From the NCBI RefSeq assembly GCF_000143415.4, contig NW_003314266.1, positions 1,014,463-1,078,462 of the forward strand: a stretch of DNA of 64,000 bases. Direction: 5' to 3'. The DNA is from Selaginella moellendorffii (taxonomy: Eukaryota > Plantae > Lycopodiophyta). A program made the position numbers and the translations under genes. The notes under the pieces were generated by a model. It had not been told where the DNA came from. It did no database searches and saw only the letters and a program-made list of their open reading frames with translations. Position 1 is the first letter of the stretch. Each line of letters opens with the position of its first letter. Shown one piece after another: positions 22,983 through 35,704 of this stretch.

Positions 22983-25900
22983 ATGGAGCAGCTGGAGCTC
23001 CTGCTTTTCCAGTTCTTGATGCCCGACAATGACGCTCGCAAGAATGCAGAGGAGCAAATCAAGCATCTCGCCAGGGATCCGGAGCTCGTGCCCGCGCTAC
23101 TGCACCAGATCCGCAACGCCAGGTCTGCAAATGTGCGCCAGCTCGCGGCGGTGCTGCTGCGCAAGAAGATCGTCGGCCTGTGGATGAAGCTCAATCCGCA
23201 GCTCCACGCCTCGCTCAAGAATTTGCTGCTGGAGAGCATCACACTCGACAACAGGTAGGAAATTTTGGTCGAAAGGCTTTAGCTTTCTCTCAATTCGTTT
23301 GCGTAGCCTCGCCGTGCGACGTGCCAGTGCTGATGTGGTGAGCGCTTTGGCGAAACAAGACGTTCCAGCAGGAAATTGGCCAGAGCTACTGCCTTTCCTC
23401 TTTCAATGCAGCCAGAGTTCGCAAGAAGATCATCGCGAGGTGGGAAGCCAAATGTAGCTCGTTGCTGTGCTGTGACAATGTTTCGTCTTTCTTGGCATGT
23501 TTATATCAGGTGGCGCTTGTGCTTTTCAGTTCTCTCACGGAAACCATTGGAGAGATTCTCAGGCCACATTTCGCGACTTTGCATGTCATCTTTCTCAATG
23601 GATTGAGAGACCAGAGCGCCAAAGTCAGAGTTGCGGCTCTCAAGTATGCATACCCCCTTTGCTCGCAGCGGTTTTTATCAAAAAACTCATTGTCTTTTCG
23701 TGCATAGGGCAGGCGGAACGCTCGTAGGATACATCGAGAGCGAGGATGAAGTGGTGAGCTTGCGTTTTCACTTCGAGCTGGCAAGCATGTAACGTTTTAG
23801 TTTATGGACAGAGGATGATGCGCGAGCTCGTTGCGCCTATATTGGATGTGTCTCGCTACTGTCTAGAGACGGGGAGTGAGGATGTCGCTGTTCTCGCTTT
23901 TGAGATTTTTGACGAGCTTATTGAATCCCCGGTCTCTCTGCTCGGGCAGTCCATTCCTGTGATCGTCCATTTCGCACTGGAGGTAGCCTTGAACAGCAAG
24001 TGGGAGCAAAGCACTCGTTATCAGGTACGGGTGTGCATTTTTTATGGCTGTTCTCGGATTAAGGCTGGTTCTTCCAACAGGCTTTGCAGACTATATCGTG
24101 GCTTGCGAAGTATAAGCCGAAGACTCTGGTGAAACATAAGCTAGTTCCGGCTATCATCTCATCCATGTGTCAGATTCTTTCGGAGGAAGACGTTGAGCTG
24201 GACGAATACTCTGTTTCTGCAGACCGCGCTGCTGCCGAAGTCCTAGACACTATGGCCCTGCACCTGACCAACAAGCACGTCTTTCCGCACGTGTTCTCGT
24301 TTTCGCTGTCGAACTTTCAGCGGTCTGAGTATACCATCCGCGAAGCAGCAGTGATGTCTCTGGGGATAATAGCCGAAGGCTGCTACGAGATCATGAGAAG
24401 CAACTTAACTGACATCCTGAACTTGGTGCTACAAGCATTTGAGGATCAAGAGAAAGCTGTACGAGGAGCTGCGGGCTTTACGATTGGTCAATTTGCGGAG
24501 CACTTGCAGCCAGAGATTGTTCTGCATTACGAAAGAGTTCTTCCTTGCATCTTCAAAGTTTTGACAGATCCAAATGCTGAAGTTCAGGTAGGCTGCTTGT
24601 CATCCTTTTTACGAGTTTTCTTCACACCGTTATGCAGGAGAAGGCGTACTACGCGCTTGCTGCTTTCTGTGAGCATTTGGGATCGGAAATTCTGCCATTC
24701 TTGCCGGTTTTGATGGAGAGATTGGTGGCCACTCTGCAGTGTAGCCGGAGAGATTTGCAAGAAACTTGCATGGTATGGAAGTACTACTACCTTGTCTTGA
24801 ATGATAGCCTTACCTCTTTTGCTTGCAGTCAGCCATATGCTCGACAGCAGCAGCAGCGCAGTCTGCATTCATTCCATATGCTCCAGGAGTTCTCGAGCTG
24901 ATGAAAGGCTTTCTTGTTCTGACTGCTGACGAAGATTTGCCCGCTCGCGCCAGGGCTACGGAGCTGGTCGGTATCATTGGCACTGCGGTTGGCAGGCAAT
25001 ATATTGAGCCCGTTCTTCCCTCCTTTATCGAGGCAGCCATTTCTGTAAGTATTTGGAAGTCTCTCCTTCGTCTCATCTCCTCCCGTATGCAGGGCTTCTC
25101 TCTGGACTACACTGAGCTTCGTGAGTACAGCCATGGCTTCTTCAGTTCGGTGGCTGAAATCCTTGAAGGAGACTTAGAACAGGTTGAGCACTTTCTTTGA
25201 GATATCTATCCATCACTTGACTGACTATACCAAATGGTTGCAGTATCTTCCGCGTTTAGTGCCCTTAGCCTATGCAACTTGTGATCTTGACGATGGCACC
25301 ACGGTGGATTTTGAGGTAGAAAACGAAGACGGAGAGTTTGGTGATGTATCGTCCGACGACGGCAACGATAACAACCAAAATTTACGCAATGTCAGTATCC
25401 GGACTGGTGTATTGGACGAGAAAGCTGCGGCCACTCAGGCCTTGGGAGCATTTGCTCTGCATTCCAAAGGCGCATTCATGCCGTATCCTTTTGCTTGTAT
25501 CTTTTCATTCTTGTGACCTTGACAAGAATGACGCGTAGCTATCTTGAGGCGACATTGAAGATTCTGAGAAAGCACAGCATGTACTTCCACGAGGATGTCC
25601 GCTTGCAAGCTTTCATTGCGCTCCAACGTAAGTTTTGCGCTCCTGAGTATTCTTAATTCTTGTAATTTTCTTTTCTCGAACAGATATGCTCACGGCAACA
25701 CAAGCTACCTTTCCAAACACTGACGTAAGCCGCTCTTTGTCAGATCAGTGACGTTCTAACTTTGCTTTCTTTTTCAGACAATCTCAGCTCAAGCAAAACA
25801 TGTTCTTGGTATGTACATGAATACCTTGTGATATGTTCGTAGAAGACAACTGATTGCTGCTGTAGGTGTTGTAATGGAGCTGTATCTGATGTGCCTGAAA

Positions 25901-27275
25901 TCAGACAGTGATAAGGACACTGTTTCACAGGTGTGCACCTGCCTAGCAGAAATCTACAGGCATCAGGACGCGAAAGCAATGGAACCTTGTAAGTCGCATA
26001 GTTTGTTTTCTTTGGTTGTCACTAAACGCATTTCTTACAGTTTTCTTGCTCACATCCGAAGAGGTTCTGAAACTTCTACGGCAGGAAGCCACATGCCAGC
26101 GAACGGACGATACAGACGACGAGGACGATGGGCAGCTGGACACAGATCAAGCACTGATGGATGCGGTTGCAGACGTTCTACCAGCCATGGCAACCTGTAT
26201 GGGCCCATCTTTTGAGCCGATATTTTCTCAACATTTTGAAGCCTTGATGAAGTTTTCGGTACAGTCTCTTTGCACGTAGCATGTTCTTTTGTTGTCTCAC
26301 CTTCTGATTTTCAGAAAGAAAGCCGCGCTGCAAATGACAGAACAATGGTGATTGGATGCGTTGCGGAGATCGCTCGTGCGATTGGATCACAGATCATACC
26401 CTACATTCCAGTACGTATTGTTTCTCCCTGTGCGTTCTGGAAAGTGGACTTTTGCGTGCAGCGAGTCATGCCGGTGGCTCTCCAAGAACTGAGGTCAGCC
26501 GAGGCAGCAAATCGGCGCAACGCTGCATATTGTGTGGGCCAACTGTGCAAGAATGGCGGTGTCAAAGCCGAGGAGTATGTCCAGCTTCATTGCTCTCTGT
26601 CCGGTGCTGATCCTTTAAAACTCCTCGCAGATTCTACGGAAGTGCTCTTGCGGCGTTGCATCCTTTGTTTAGCGAGGGAGAAGAGGACGTGGTGCGAGAC
26701 AATGCAGCTGGAGCCGTGGCGAGAATGATCACGACTCAGTCGCAAGCTTTTCCTTTATCACAGGTACAGAGCGTTTTCTCTTTTGTTTTCTTTCTCGGGA
26801 AGTCAGCTTTGTCGACGCTGACACAACTGGAACCGTGTGTACAGGTCCTCCCAGTCCTCGTCCGAGCACTCCCTGTGAAAGCCGACTTGGAAGAGGCGAC
26901 CGCTGTCTACACTTGCCTCAGCAATTTGATTCTAGCGTCGCAACCAGAGGTTGGTTTTCTTTAGTCTTTTTTTCTCTTCCATCTCTCTTGTTTTCTCTGG
27001 ATTGATGGAAGAGAAACAAGAGAAGTTGGATGGCGGCTTCTCTTGTCTGTTCTAAGCCTTCGTTTTCGCAGATTCTACCATTGGTGCCGCAAGTGCTGCC
27101 AATTTTCGCCAAGGTGGCCGCCTCCACCGACGAGCTCCCCGAAGAAGCGAAGGTGCTAATCGGGCGAGCGGTGGCACACTTGCTGTCCCATTATCGCGAT
27201 GAGATGCAGCCTCTTCTCAGCAACATTCCAGCTGACCAAGCCAACGCACTGGCAGCGATCGTGAGGAAGATCTGA
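22983..27275 (+). CDS. Importin-4 (importin-beta family, HEAT repeats), multi-exon
   Basis: MEQLELLLFQFLMPDNDARKNAEEQIK; GQFAEHLQPEI; NVSIRTGVLDEKAAATQALG; DNAAGAVARMI. Confidence 0.9.
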
Positions 27276-27666
27276 TACGATATCAGGCAAGAGCTCTTCT
27301 TCTTCTTCTTCTTCTTCTCTCTCTCTCTCGCGGTGAGGATTTTGTTTTCGTTCTCCTCCCCTCTTTCGATTTTTCGTGATCGATCGAGCCAGCTCTCCTC
27401 GATCACGCGAGTTTTGGCGTTGGATTATTTTTGTGGAATCGCGTCGCGTGGGAACGAAAGTTAGCGAACTTAGCGTGCGGTTTATTCTGTTGGCACATTC
27501 CGTTTGTCATTTTGGATATTCTGTTTGGCCCCTTTAAACTCTCGGCGTACCCGCCCTAGAGCTTAGATCGTTTCTCCTTTCTCGGATCTAGGCCGCGCGG
27601 CCGGGGTTTTGGAGCAGCGATCCATCGTTTTAGCTGGGCGCATCGGGTAGGATCGAAGGGAATTCT

Positions 27667-29300
27667 ATGGCGCGCCCGACGCCGCTGCTCAAGGATGAGC
27701 TCGACATTGTGATTCCCACCATCAGGAACTTGGATTTCCTGGAAATGTGGAGGCCCTTCTTCCAGCACTACCATCTCATCATCGTCCAGGACGGCGACCC
27801 CAGCAAGCAGATCAAGGTGCCCGAGGGATTCGACTACGAGCTCTACAACCGCAACGACATCAACCGGATCTTGGGATCCAAGGCCTCGTGCATCTCCTTC
27901 AAGGACAGCGCCTGCCGCTGCTTTGGATTCCTCGTGTCCAAGAAGAAGTACATCTTCACCATTGACGACGATTGTTTTGTAAGTTCTTCCTTTTCTTTCT
28001 TGTTCTTGCTCGAGTTTGTTTGCTAGAGATTTCTTGCGAGATCGCGAATTCTTGTCTTTCTTTGTTCGATTGGTCGAGTTTGTTTGCTAGATTTATGTCT
28101 AGATCTCTTGCGAGAGCGCTGAGCTCACAAATCCTGTTTTTATTGTTCGAGTGCTCGAGTTTCTTTGCTAGATTCTTCTTGCGAGAGCGCTGAGCTTTTT
28201 CTTTTCTTCGATTGCTTGGATCGATCTGTATGAGCTGAGCTGATTTTGCTTTTGCTTCTTTCCAGGTAGCCAAGGATCCGTCCAGCAAAGACATCAACGC
28301 GCTGGAACAGCACATAAAGAATCTCTTGTCTCCATCGACACCTTATTTTTTTAACACACTCTACGATCCATACCGCGAAGGCACAGACTTCGTCCGGGGA
28401 TATCCTTTTAGTCTCCGAGAAGGCGTCCAAACGGCGATCTCTCACGGCCTGTGGCTCAACATCCCCGACTATGACGCTCCCACACAGTTAGTCAAGCCAT
28501 CCGAGAGAAACACAAGGTAACACTTTCATTCTTCTGGCACGAAAAGCGTTTTTTTTTTCTTCTCGATGCTTCTTTAGTTTCCAGAGATCTCATCGATGGT
28601 TTTTCTTTCTCGCAGATATGTCGACGCGGTCATGACGATCCCCAAAGGAACGCTCTTCCCGATGTGTGGGATGAATCTAGCTTTCAACCGGGAGCTCATT
28701 GGACCGGCGATGTACTTCGGCTTGATGGGCGACGGGCAACCGATCGGCCGCTACGACGATATGTGGGCCGGATGGTGTTGCAAGGTAAAAAACCAACTTT
28801 GGTCGCACAAAAAAACCATCTTTCTTTCTTCTCATCCCAAGAACTTACACTGCATTGGCATGAATCAGGTGATCTGCGACCACTTGGGCTATGGAGTTAA
28901 GACCGGCTTGCCATACATCTGGCACAGCAAAGCTAGCAATCCATTCGTGAACCTCAAGAAGGAATACAAGGGGATCTTCTGGCAGGAGGAGATCATCCCC
29001 TTCTTCCAGTCGGCAGTGCTGTCCAAGGAGGCCACCAGCGTGGAGCAGTGCTACAGGGAGCTGGCCAAGCAAGTGAGGGAGAAGCTGAGCAACGTAGATC
29101 CATACTTTTCCAAGCTCGCCGACGCCATGGTCACCTGGATCGAGTCGTGGGAGGAGCTGACCAGTAACAAGATCGTGGCTGGCGGCGTCAAGGCTTCCAG
29201 CGGTGGCGTCCATCACGCCAACGGCCCGACCACGAAGGTGGCGTCGCCGCTACCGCCACCGCCGGCTGTGGTCGAAGAACTTGGAAGCCCCGCAGCGTAA
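27667..29300 (+). CDS. RGP: UDP-arabinopyranose mutase / reversibly glycosylated polypeptide (4 exons)
   Basis: [59 protein letters not shown]. Confidence 0.96.
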
Positions 29301-29495
29301 AACTCTTCCCAAAAGTTTTTTAAAAAAAATTCGCATCGATCTTTGCTCAGGAAATTAAAATAATGTCGCTATTTTTCTTCGCTGGGTCTTTCGTAGAAGT
29401 TTTAAGTCTTCCCGATTTGTTTTTTGCTCAGGAAATTAAAATAATGTAATTAGCATTAGAAAAACCCGGGAAAATCCCTAGCGAGCTTTTAGGTC

Positions 29496-30548
29496 ATGCT
29501 AGCGCAGAGGATGGAGGCACTGGCGGGGCGGCTGTCCGGCAAGAATGTGAGTCTCCAATCCCTCCGCAGCAATCCCCTCGCCGGATCCCCGCGATCCAGC
29601 TCCACCTCCGCCCCCTCGGTGAGCGTCCGCGCCAAAAAGAAGGGCAACACCATCTCCGCCACGCTCTCCCTCACCGCCGCCACCGCCGCCAGCGCCAGCG
29701 CCGCCAAGGACCGCGTGGACGTGCTCGCCGAGGCCCTGCCCTTCATCCAGCGCTTCCAGGGCAAGACGGTGGTGGTGAAATACGGCGGCGCCGCCATGAA
29801 GGACGAGACCCTCAAGGACGGCGTGATCAAGGACCTGGTCCTCCTGGCGTGCGTGGGGCTCCGCCCAATCTTCGTCCACGGCGGTGGCCCGGAGATCAAC
29901 AGCTGGCTGGCGCGCCTGGGCATCCAGCCCCAATTCAAGAACGGGCTGCGCGTCACCGACGCCGCCACCATGGAGGTGGTGGAGATGGTGCTGGTCGGCC
30001 GGGTGAACAAATCCCTGGTGTCGCTCATCCACCAGGCAGGCGGCGCCGCTGTCGGGCTGTCGGGGATCGACGGGCGCGTCATCACGGCGCGCGCGTCGTC
30101 GGACCCCGGGCTGGGCTTTGTCGGCGAGATCTCGGCCATCGACACGGGGCTCATCCGCGGGATCGCGCGCGACGGGTTTATCCCGGTGATCGCGTCGGTG
30201 GCGGCGGATGGGAAAGGGCAGGCGTACAATATCAATGCCGACATCGCGGCGGGCGAGATCGCGGCGTCGCTGGGCGCGGAGAAGCTCATCCTCATGACCG
30301 ACGTGCCGGGGATCCTCACGGACCGGCACGATCACTCGACGCTGGTGAGGCAGGCGGACATCAAGGGCGTGCGCGGGCTGGTCGATGGCGGTGTCGTCAC
30401 CGGCGGGATGATCCCCAAGGTGGAGTGCTGCGTGCGATCGCTGGCGCAGGGCGTGCGCGCGGCGCACATCATCGATGGCCGCCTCTCGCACTCGCTGCTG
30501 CTGGAGATCCTCACGGACGAGGGCTCGGGGACGATGATCACCGGATGA
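29496..30548 (+). CDS. NAGK: Plastid N-acetylglutamate kinase, intronless
   Basis: Transit peptide; [58 protein letters not shown]. Confidence 0.96.
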   Translation: MLAQRMEALAGRLSGKNVSLQSLRSNPLAGSPRSSSTSAPSVSVRAKKKGNTISATLSLTAATAASASAAKDRVDVLAEALPFIQRFQGKTVVVKYGGAAMKDETLKDGVIKDLVLLACVGLRPIFVHGGGPEINSWLARLGIQPQFKNGLRVTDAATMEVVEMVLVGRVNKSLVSLIHQAGGAAVGLSGIDGRVITARASSDPGLGFVGEISAIDTGLIRGIARDGFIPVIASVAADGKGQAYNINADIAAGEIAASLGAEKLILMTDVPGILTDRHDHSTLVRQADIKGVRGLVDGGVVTGGMIPKVECCVRSLAQGVRAAHIIDGRLSHSLLLEILTDEGSGTMITG

Positions 30549-30823
30549 TGTTTTTCAAATCGAGAGATTATTCTAATCGAATATGCCTGCTCTGTTGCCC
30601 TAACTTTTAGTAGCCCTAAAATCTTTCGCAACGAATATGCTTTCCCTACCGTACCCTTTTGTCCCAGATAAATCCCATCCGTACTCATAAAAGAATCGTC
30701 TATTCGTATTAATATGCTACAACCAATGGGAGGAGAAGAGAGGAATCAATCAATCGAACACTAAAAGAGAAAGAAAAGACTAAAAGGAAAGAAAAAGATG
30801 GGAGTTCTTCCATGGTGGCTCGA

Positions 30824-31309
30824 TCAAATCTTGTCGATCTTGCTCGCGATCACCACGGGGTTGGCCTTGGCGATGGCGATCCGGCCCTGGCTCTGGAAAT
30901 CAAACTCGCAGCCGTGCTCGCTGGGGTATCGATGGGGGAAGCACAGCACCTTGCCGCAGCGGCACGTCACGCCCATGAGCCCGACCTTCCGCCGGCAGCA
31001 CGAGCACCTGTCTGGGGCGGCGGGGGGCGGGCAAGATCCTCGCGATCCCTCGCTCGATCCCTCGCAGCAAGATTGGGGCAAATCCCTGGGCGCCGCCGCC
31101 GGCGAAGCTCGGGCCTTTGCCGACCCGGATGGAAGAATTGGCGCCGCGCCGCTGGAGATCTCCACCGCCATGGCCATCTTGGCGGAATCCCTGTAGCACT
31201 TGGAGCACAGATTCATGGTCGTCCCGTTGCCGAAGAAGCCGCAGTTGTTCGCGCATGGCACGGGCGCCTCCGCCGCGGCGGCCTGCTGGTAATCGTCCTG
31301 CTGCGCCAT
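30824..31309 (-). CDS. A20/AN1 zinc-finger stress-associated protein
   Basis: A20 CANNCGFFG...NLCSKCY; AN1 C..CRRKVGLMG..CRCG...C..HRYPSEHGC.FDF. Confidence 0.93.
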   Translation of the reverse strand: MAQQDDYQQAAAAEAPVPCANNCGFFGNGTTMNLCSKCYRDSAKMAMAVEISSGAAPILPSGSAKARASPAAAPRDLPQSCCEGSSEGSRGSCPPPAAPDRCSCCRRKVGLMGVTCRCGKVLCFPHRYPSEHGCEFDFQSQGRIAIAKANPVVIASKIDKI

Positions 31310-32236
31310 GGAAATCGAGAAATCGAGCGAGACCCAAGTGAGATGCTGCCCGCCCGCACGCACCCAATTCACAGATCCTCGCGATTCGACGCTCTGTCGC
31401 CCTGTCCAGTCGCGAGCCCACTTCTCTCTCACCGGTGAGACGCTCTTCGCGGAGAAGAAGCGAAGAACCGCTACTCTAACACTAACAATTTTGCCCCAAA
31501 AAATGTGAGGTGTGGCGATGGCTTTATACCAATACCAGCATTGGGCGGCGCACGCGTGGAGGGAAAAAAAAGCGAGCAAGAGAGAGAAGGGGGGCGACGC
31601 TAGAGCTCCCCGTCACGCGCCCGTCACGCCCGTCGCTTTCGGAACAGAACCTACGTGGCGATGGACGGTGGCGGGGCTGCCGCGTGGCGGCCGGTGACCA
31701 ATTCAACGGCGAGATTCGCTTGCCGCGGATCTCCGTAATCTCCACTTCGTTAAGATATCAATCGTCTGGTTGGCAAGAGTGGTGTGTTCTGCAGTGAAAC
31801 ACGTCTTCCACTTTTTTTTTTTTCTTACGCGCGGTTCCAACAAGTTTGATCGCCGCTGCTTGACCCTGTCCCTGTTGGAATGCCAATCGAGAACAGTGAG
31901 CTGTGAGAGCGTGAGAGAAATCCCATCTTCTCGGGGAGTTTCTCATCCTTATCGTTTCGTTTTTAAAGCCGCGCATCGGATCTGATAAGACCAAAAGCAA
32001 CCGATTTTTAGCTGCTGGAACCGAAACAAACGAGAAGAAAAGAAAAGAAAAGAAAAGAAAAAAAACTGACACTCAACTGACCTGGGACACGGACTTTGTT
32101 TGCCTTGATCACTGCTGCTCTTCGTTTGAAGTTAAAGCTGTGGCTTTTCAGTCGCCCTCCCTTCCTCCTGTGTTCTACTATCCACCTAAACTAGAAACTA
32201 AGAGCCTCCTCCATGTCAAAAACCTTGGCATCGCTT

Positions 32237-34356
32237 TCACTCCGACAGGCCACCCGAGCTCTGCGAGAGCGGAGACGCGCCGTTTGGTGTTACTGCTCCA
32301 CCGAAAGCGCTCTGGCTGAACGACTCGTTGCTCGAAGTGCAAACCATTGCCCCCATTCCCACGGTCACCTCGTCGGTATCCGAGTCCACATCCACCACCG
32401 CCATCGTCGCCGGCGGCGAGCTCTTGGTATCGGCTCCGCCGCTCGTCTCCTCCAGCACCTCGTACCACGAGCTGACATGGCTGTTTAGCGTCCCATTGTT
32501 CTCCCTTGCCACGATGATCTTCCTCTTTTTGCTCGCTTCCAATGCCTGGTCCCTGGAGCTGCTGTTCACCGCCAGCCTGCTCATGGTGTTCTTCAAGTTC
32601 AGCTTGCTGGCGGTGGAGTTTTTCGCTGCTGATGCTGCTTTCGTTGACCTCTTCGCGCTCAAGGATGGCAGAATCGGCGGCGGGGCGCCGGAACCCGTCC
32701 GGATGTAGTGCACAACCGGAGAAGCTCTTCCTCCCGAGCTGTTCTTCATGTTTGGCTTGGGTGTGCTCGGTGAGCTGAGTATTGTTGGCGGGCGGATGTG
32801 AACCACATTTTTCGCCTTCATGAAAGATGCCGCGGCGGACGCAGGAGCTATCCGTGCTCCAGCCGCAACAGCTGCTGCTTGAACCATTGGATCGGGTCCC
32901 AGAAGAGCCCGGTTGGGCATGGAGTTTGTCCGAGCTAGATTACTTGGAGCTAGATTACTTGGTTTCACTGCTGACGACTGTGACACCGACGGTGGTGGTG
33001 AGACCTGTACCGATGAAACGCACGTAACTTGTTGGTTTGTCACCACCGAGAGCTTTTGAGCGTTGGCAGTCACTGGAGCCGTAGGCTTGGGCTTGGCTGG
33101 CGTGGTGCTCGGGCTCGGTAAACTTGTCCGGCAAACAGCTGGAGTTGGAGATGTGAGCTTTCTCGGCATCGTAACGCTTGCTTTTTCCGTCCGCACTTGT
33201 GTCGATTGTACTGCGAGGAAATCGTTCAATGCACCAGAGAAGAGAACATGGAAGAAAATAAACGTACATTGCTTTTGTAGACTCGTTGGCGGAGGTACCA
33301 CGGGATGCACGGGAAGCCCCGGGATTCCGTTCTGCTCACAAAGCTCCGAAAGAACCTTTGGCTTTTTCAGGCCTTGTTCGCACTGTTGTCCTGGTCCCTG
33401 TCTCGCTGGAGCTGCAATAGCTGGTGGAGGAGCAGCAGTCTCGCGTCGCCTCTTTATCAGCGCCCACCGCTAGCAGATTATCTACATTGTCAGAAGGCAT
33501 CCAATTTAAAAAGAAGCAAAGAGATTCTACGTACTTGCGCTAGCTGTGTCGCAGTCCTCTCGTGCTTGGAAACGCTTTTGACAATGGCAGCCCAGTTCCC
33601 CTCTCCATACTTTTCCACGCCGGAAACAAGCTCCTCGTCCTCCTGTGCCGTCCAAGGCTTGCGCTTCGTCCGGTATGAATCCAAGCCCGCAGCTTGAGCG
33701 CTCGAAAAGCCAGGATATATGGACGTGAGGCCCAACGCAGTCGAGTCGGCATTCGCAAACGCTATGTCTGTGGAGAACCCCATCAAAGCCTGCGAAAAAT
33801 CACAACCTCAATCAAGGAGATAGCCAAAGAGAGAAAAAAAAAAACTCTTCGAGAGTTCTTACATTGACATAGCTTGCAGCATCAGCTGATGCTTCCGAAG
33901 AGACGCTCGGGAAAGCCTCGACATCGAATTCCAGATCACTGTCATCGTCCTGGAAAAACCAAGGTGAAAAAAGGAAAAAAAAAAAATTCGACACTCAGGT
34001 GAAAAAACCTGGCAATGAGATGAGAGATCGAACCTCCAAAGGGAGCTCTTCTCCGTCGGGATCGAGCTCCTTGCGATAGGCGAGATGCCGCCACAGTGCC
34101 TGGTACTCGCGCGCATTCTTGATCCCGGTATTGGAATCCTTGACGATCTCGTCCCAGCTCACGCGCCCGCCGGCTTGCTTGGAGACCTCGTACAGCAGCG
34201 ACAGGATCGTGCTAGAATCATACCTGCGATCGAAGAAGAAGATCCATAAACCCTAAACCCCCGGAGAAAGAACCGTGGCCACGAGAACCAAGGCGCAAGA
34301 TACCTCTTGAGCAGCAGCGTCACATCGCCTTCCGCGATGAAGCCCTTGCGCTTCAT
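32237..34356 (-). CDS. DRMY1-like single-MYB protein, multi-exon (possible upstream start at 34491)
   Basis: KRKGFIAEGDVTLLLKRY..TIL.LL.E, WDEIVK...TGI.NAREYQALWRHLAY, DDDSDLEFDVEAFP, KRKPWTAQEDEEL..GVEKYGEGNW, AAAVAAGARIA. Confidence 0.82.
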
Positions 34357-34630
34357 CCAAACCGAGCTCTTCCTTTGCCCTGGAAATCGATTCCCCCGAA
34401 TATGCTTCGTTACAACTTTGCCGCTAGAATATACCCCACTTTTGAAAACCCGAACGGTCAGCGACGGTCGTCGCCGTTCAATACCGGTCATCCCGTGAAC
34501 CTCGGAAGAACAGCATTACTTTTATTCACTCGTAGAGAAACATATAATTAATCGAGCGGTGGAAGAAGGCTTAGATAGGATGGAAAGATCCAAAAACTTG
34601 GGAGTAATCGCAAGCGCCTGCGAATTCTCC

Positions 34631-35704
34631 CTAGCAAGGGGCGAATCCGCCGCTGCTCGCCTTCCTCTTGATCGGCGCGGCGGCGTAGAGATCGAAGATG
34701 TCGCTGAGCGCGCTTCGCAGCAAGCTCCCGGGCACGATCAGATCCACCAGCCCATGCTCGAAACAGTACTCGGCGGTCTGGAAGTTCTCGGGCAATTTCT
34801 TGCGCAGCGTCTGCTGGATCACGCGCCCGCCCGCGAACGCGATGTAGGCCATGGGCTCGGCCATGGCGATGTCGCCCAGCATCCCAAAGCTCGCGGTGAT
34901 CCCACCCGTGGTGGGATTCGTGAGAATCGGGATGTAGAGCAGACCCTTTTGGATCTGGTGGACGTCCAGCGCCGCCGAGACCTTGGCCATCTGCATGAGG
35001 CTGAGCGTGCCCTCTTGCATCCTCGCGCCGCCGCTGGAGCACACGATCACGAGCGGGAGCTCCAGGCGAGTGGCGTGCTCCACCAGGCGCGTGATCTTCT
35101 CGCCCACCACGCTGCCCATGCTACCGCCCATGAACCGGAAATCCATCACGCCCAGCGCGATCTTGGTGCCCATGATCTCGCCCAGCCCCGTCTGGACCGC
35201 GTCCGTGAGCCCGGATCGCTTGCGGTAGCTCACCAGGCGCGTCGCGTAGTCCTCGTCGTCGCGGAAGCCCAGCACGTCCTTGGCCACCATGGCCTCGTCC
35301 AGCGGCGCCCAGGTGCCCGGATCGAGCAGGAGGTCGATGCGATCGCTGCTGCCGCGGCGGAGGTGGTAGCCACACTCATGGCAGATCCGATTGGGGATGC
35401 CGGTGTCATCGTCGGATCGGGCGTAAAGCATGGCGCCGCAGGCATCGCAAACGTCCCAGAGGCCCTTGATCATATTGTTCCTGGCCAGGACGCCGCTGCC
35501 GCCCTCGACGATCTTGCTGCCCATCTTGTTGAGGAGCGTGGAGGCCCTGTCCATGACCCAGCCCAGCGATCCACCGCCGCCACCGCCACTGCCGCTGCCG
35601 CCGCTGCCACCGCCACCGCCGCCGCCGCTGGAGCTCATGCTGGTGATGGCGAGCGCCGGATTGGGGCGTACCTGGAGGAGCATCGTCGTCGCCATCGCCG
35701 CCAT
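34631..35704 (-). CDS. accD: Nuclear-encoded plastid-type acetyl-CoA carboxylase carboxyltransferase beta subunit with N-terminal transit peptide
   Basis: C4 zinc finger (WDVCDAC...ICHECGYHL), [58 protein letters not shown]; ~75-aa Ser/Gly/Ala-rich extension; intronless, GC-rich. Confidence 0.95.
   Translation of the reverse strand: MAAMATTMLLQVRPNPALAITSMSSSGGGGGGGSGGSGSGGGGGGSLGWVMDRASTLLNKMGSKIVEGGSGVLARNNMIKGLWDVCDACGAMLYARSDDDTGIPNRICHECGYHLRRGSSDRIDLLLDPGTWAPLDEAMVAKDVLGFRDDEDYATRLVSYRKRSGLTDAVQTGLGEIMGTKIALGVMDFRFMGGSMGSVVGEKITRLVEHATRLELPLVIVCSSGGARMQEGTLSLMQMAKVSAALDVHQIQKGLLYIPILTNPTTGGITASFGMLGDIAMAEPMAYIAFAGGRVIQQTLRKKLPENFQTAEYCFEHGLVDLIVPGSLLRSALSDIFDLYAAAPIKRKASSGGFAPC

Noticed and set aside
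29342-29447. 25-bp direct repeat TTTGCTCAGGAAATTAAAATAATGT between RGP and NAGK (similar small duplication at ~12482-12534)
   Set aside because: Most simply a local tandem duplication; no evidence of function.
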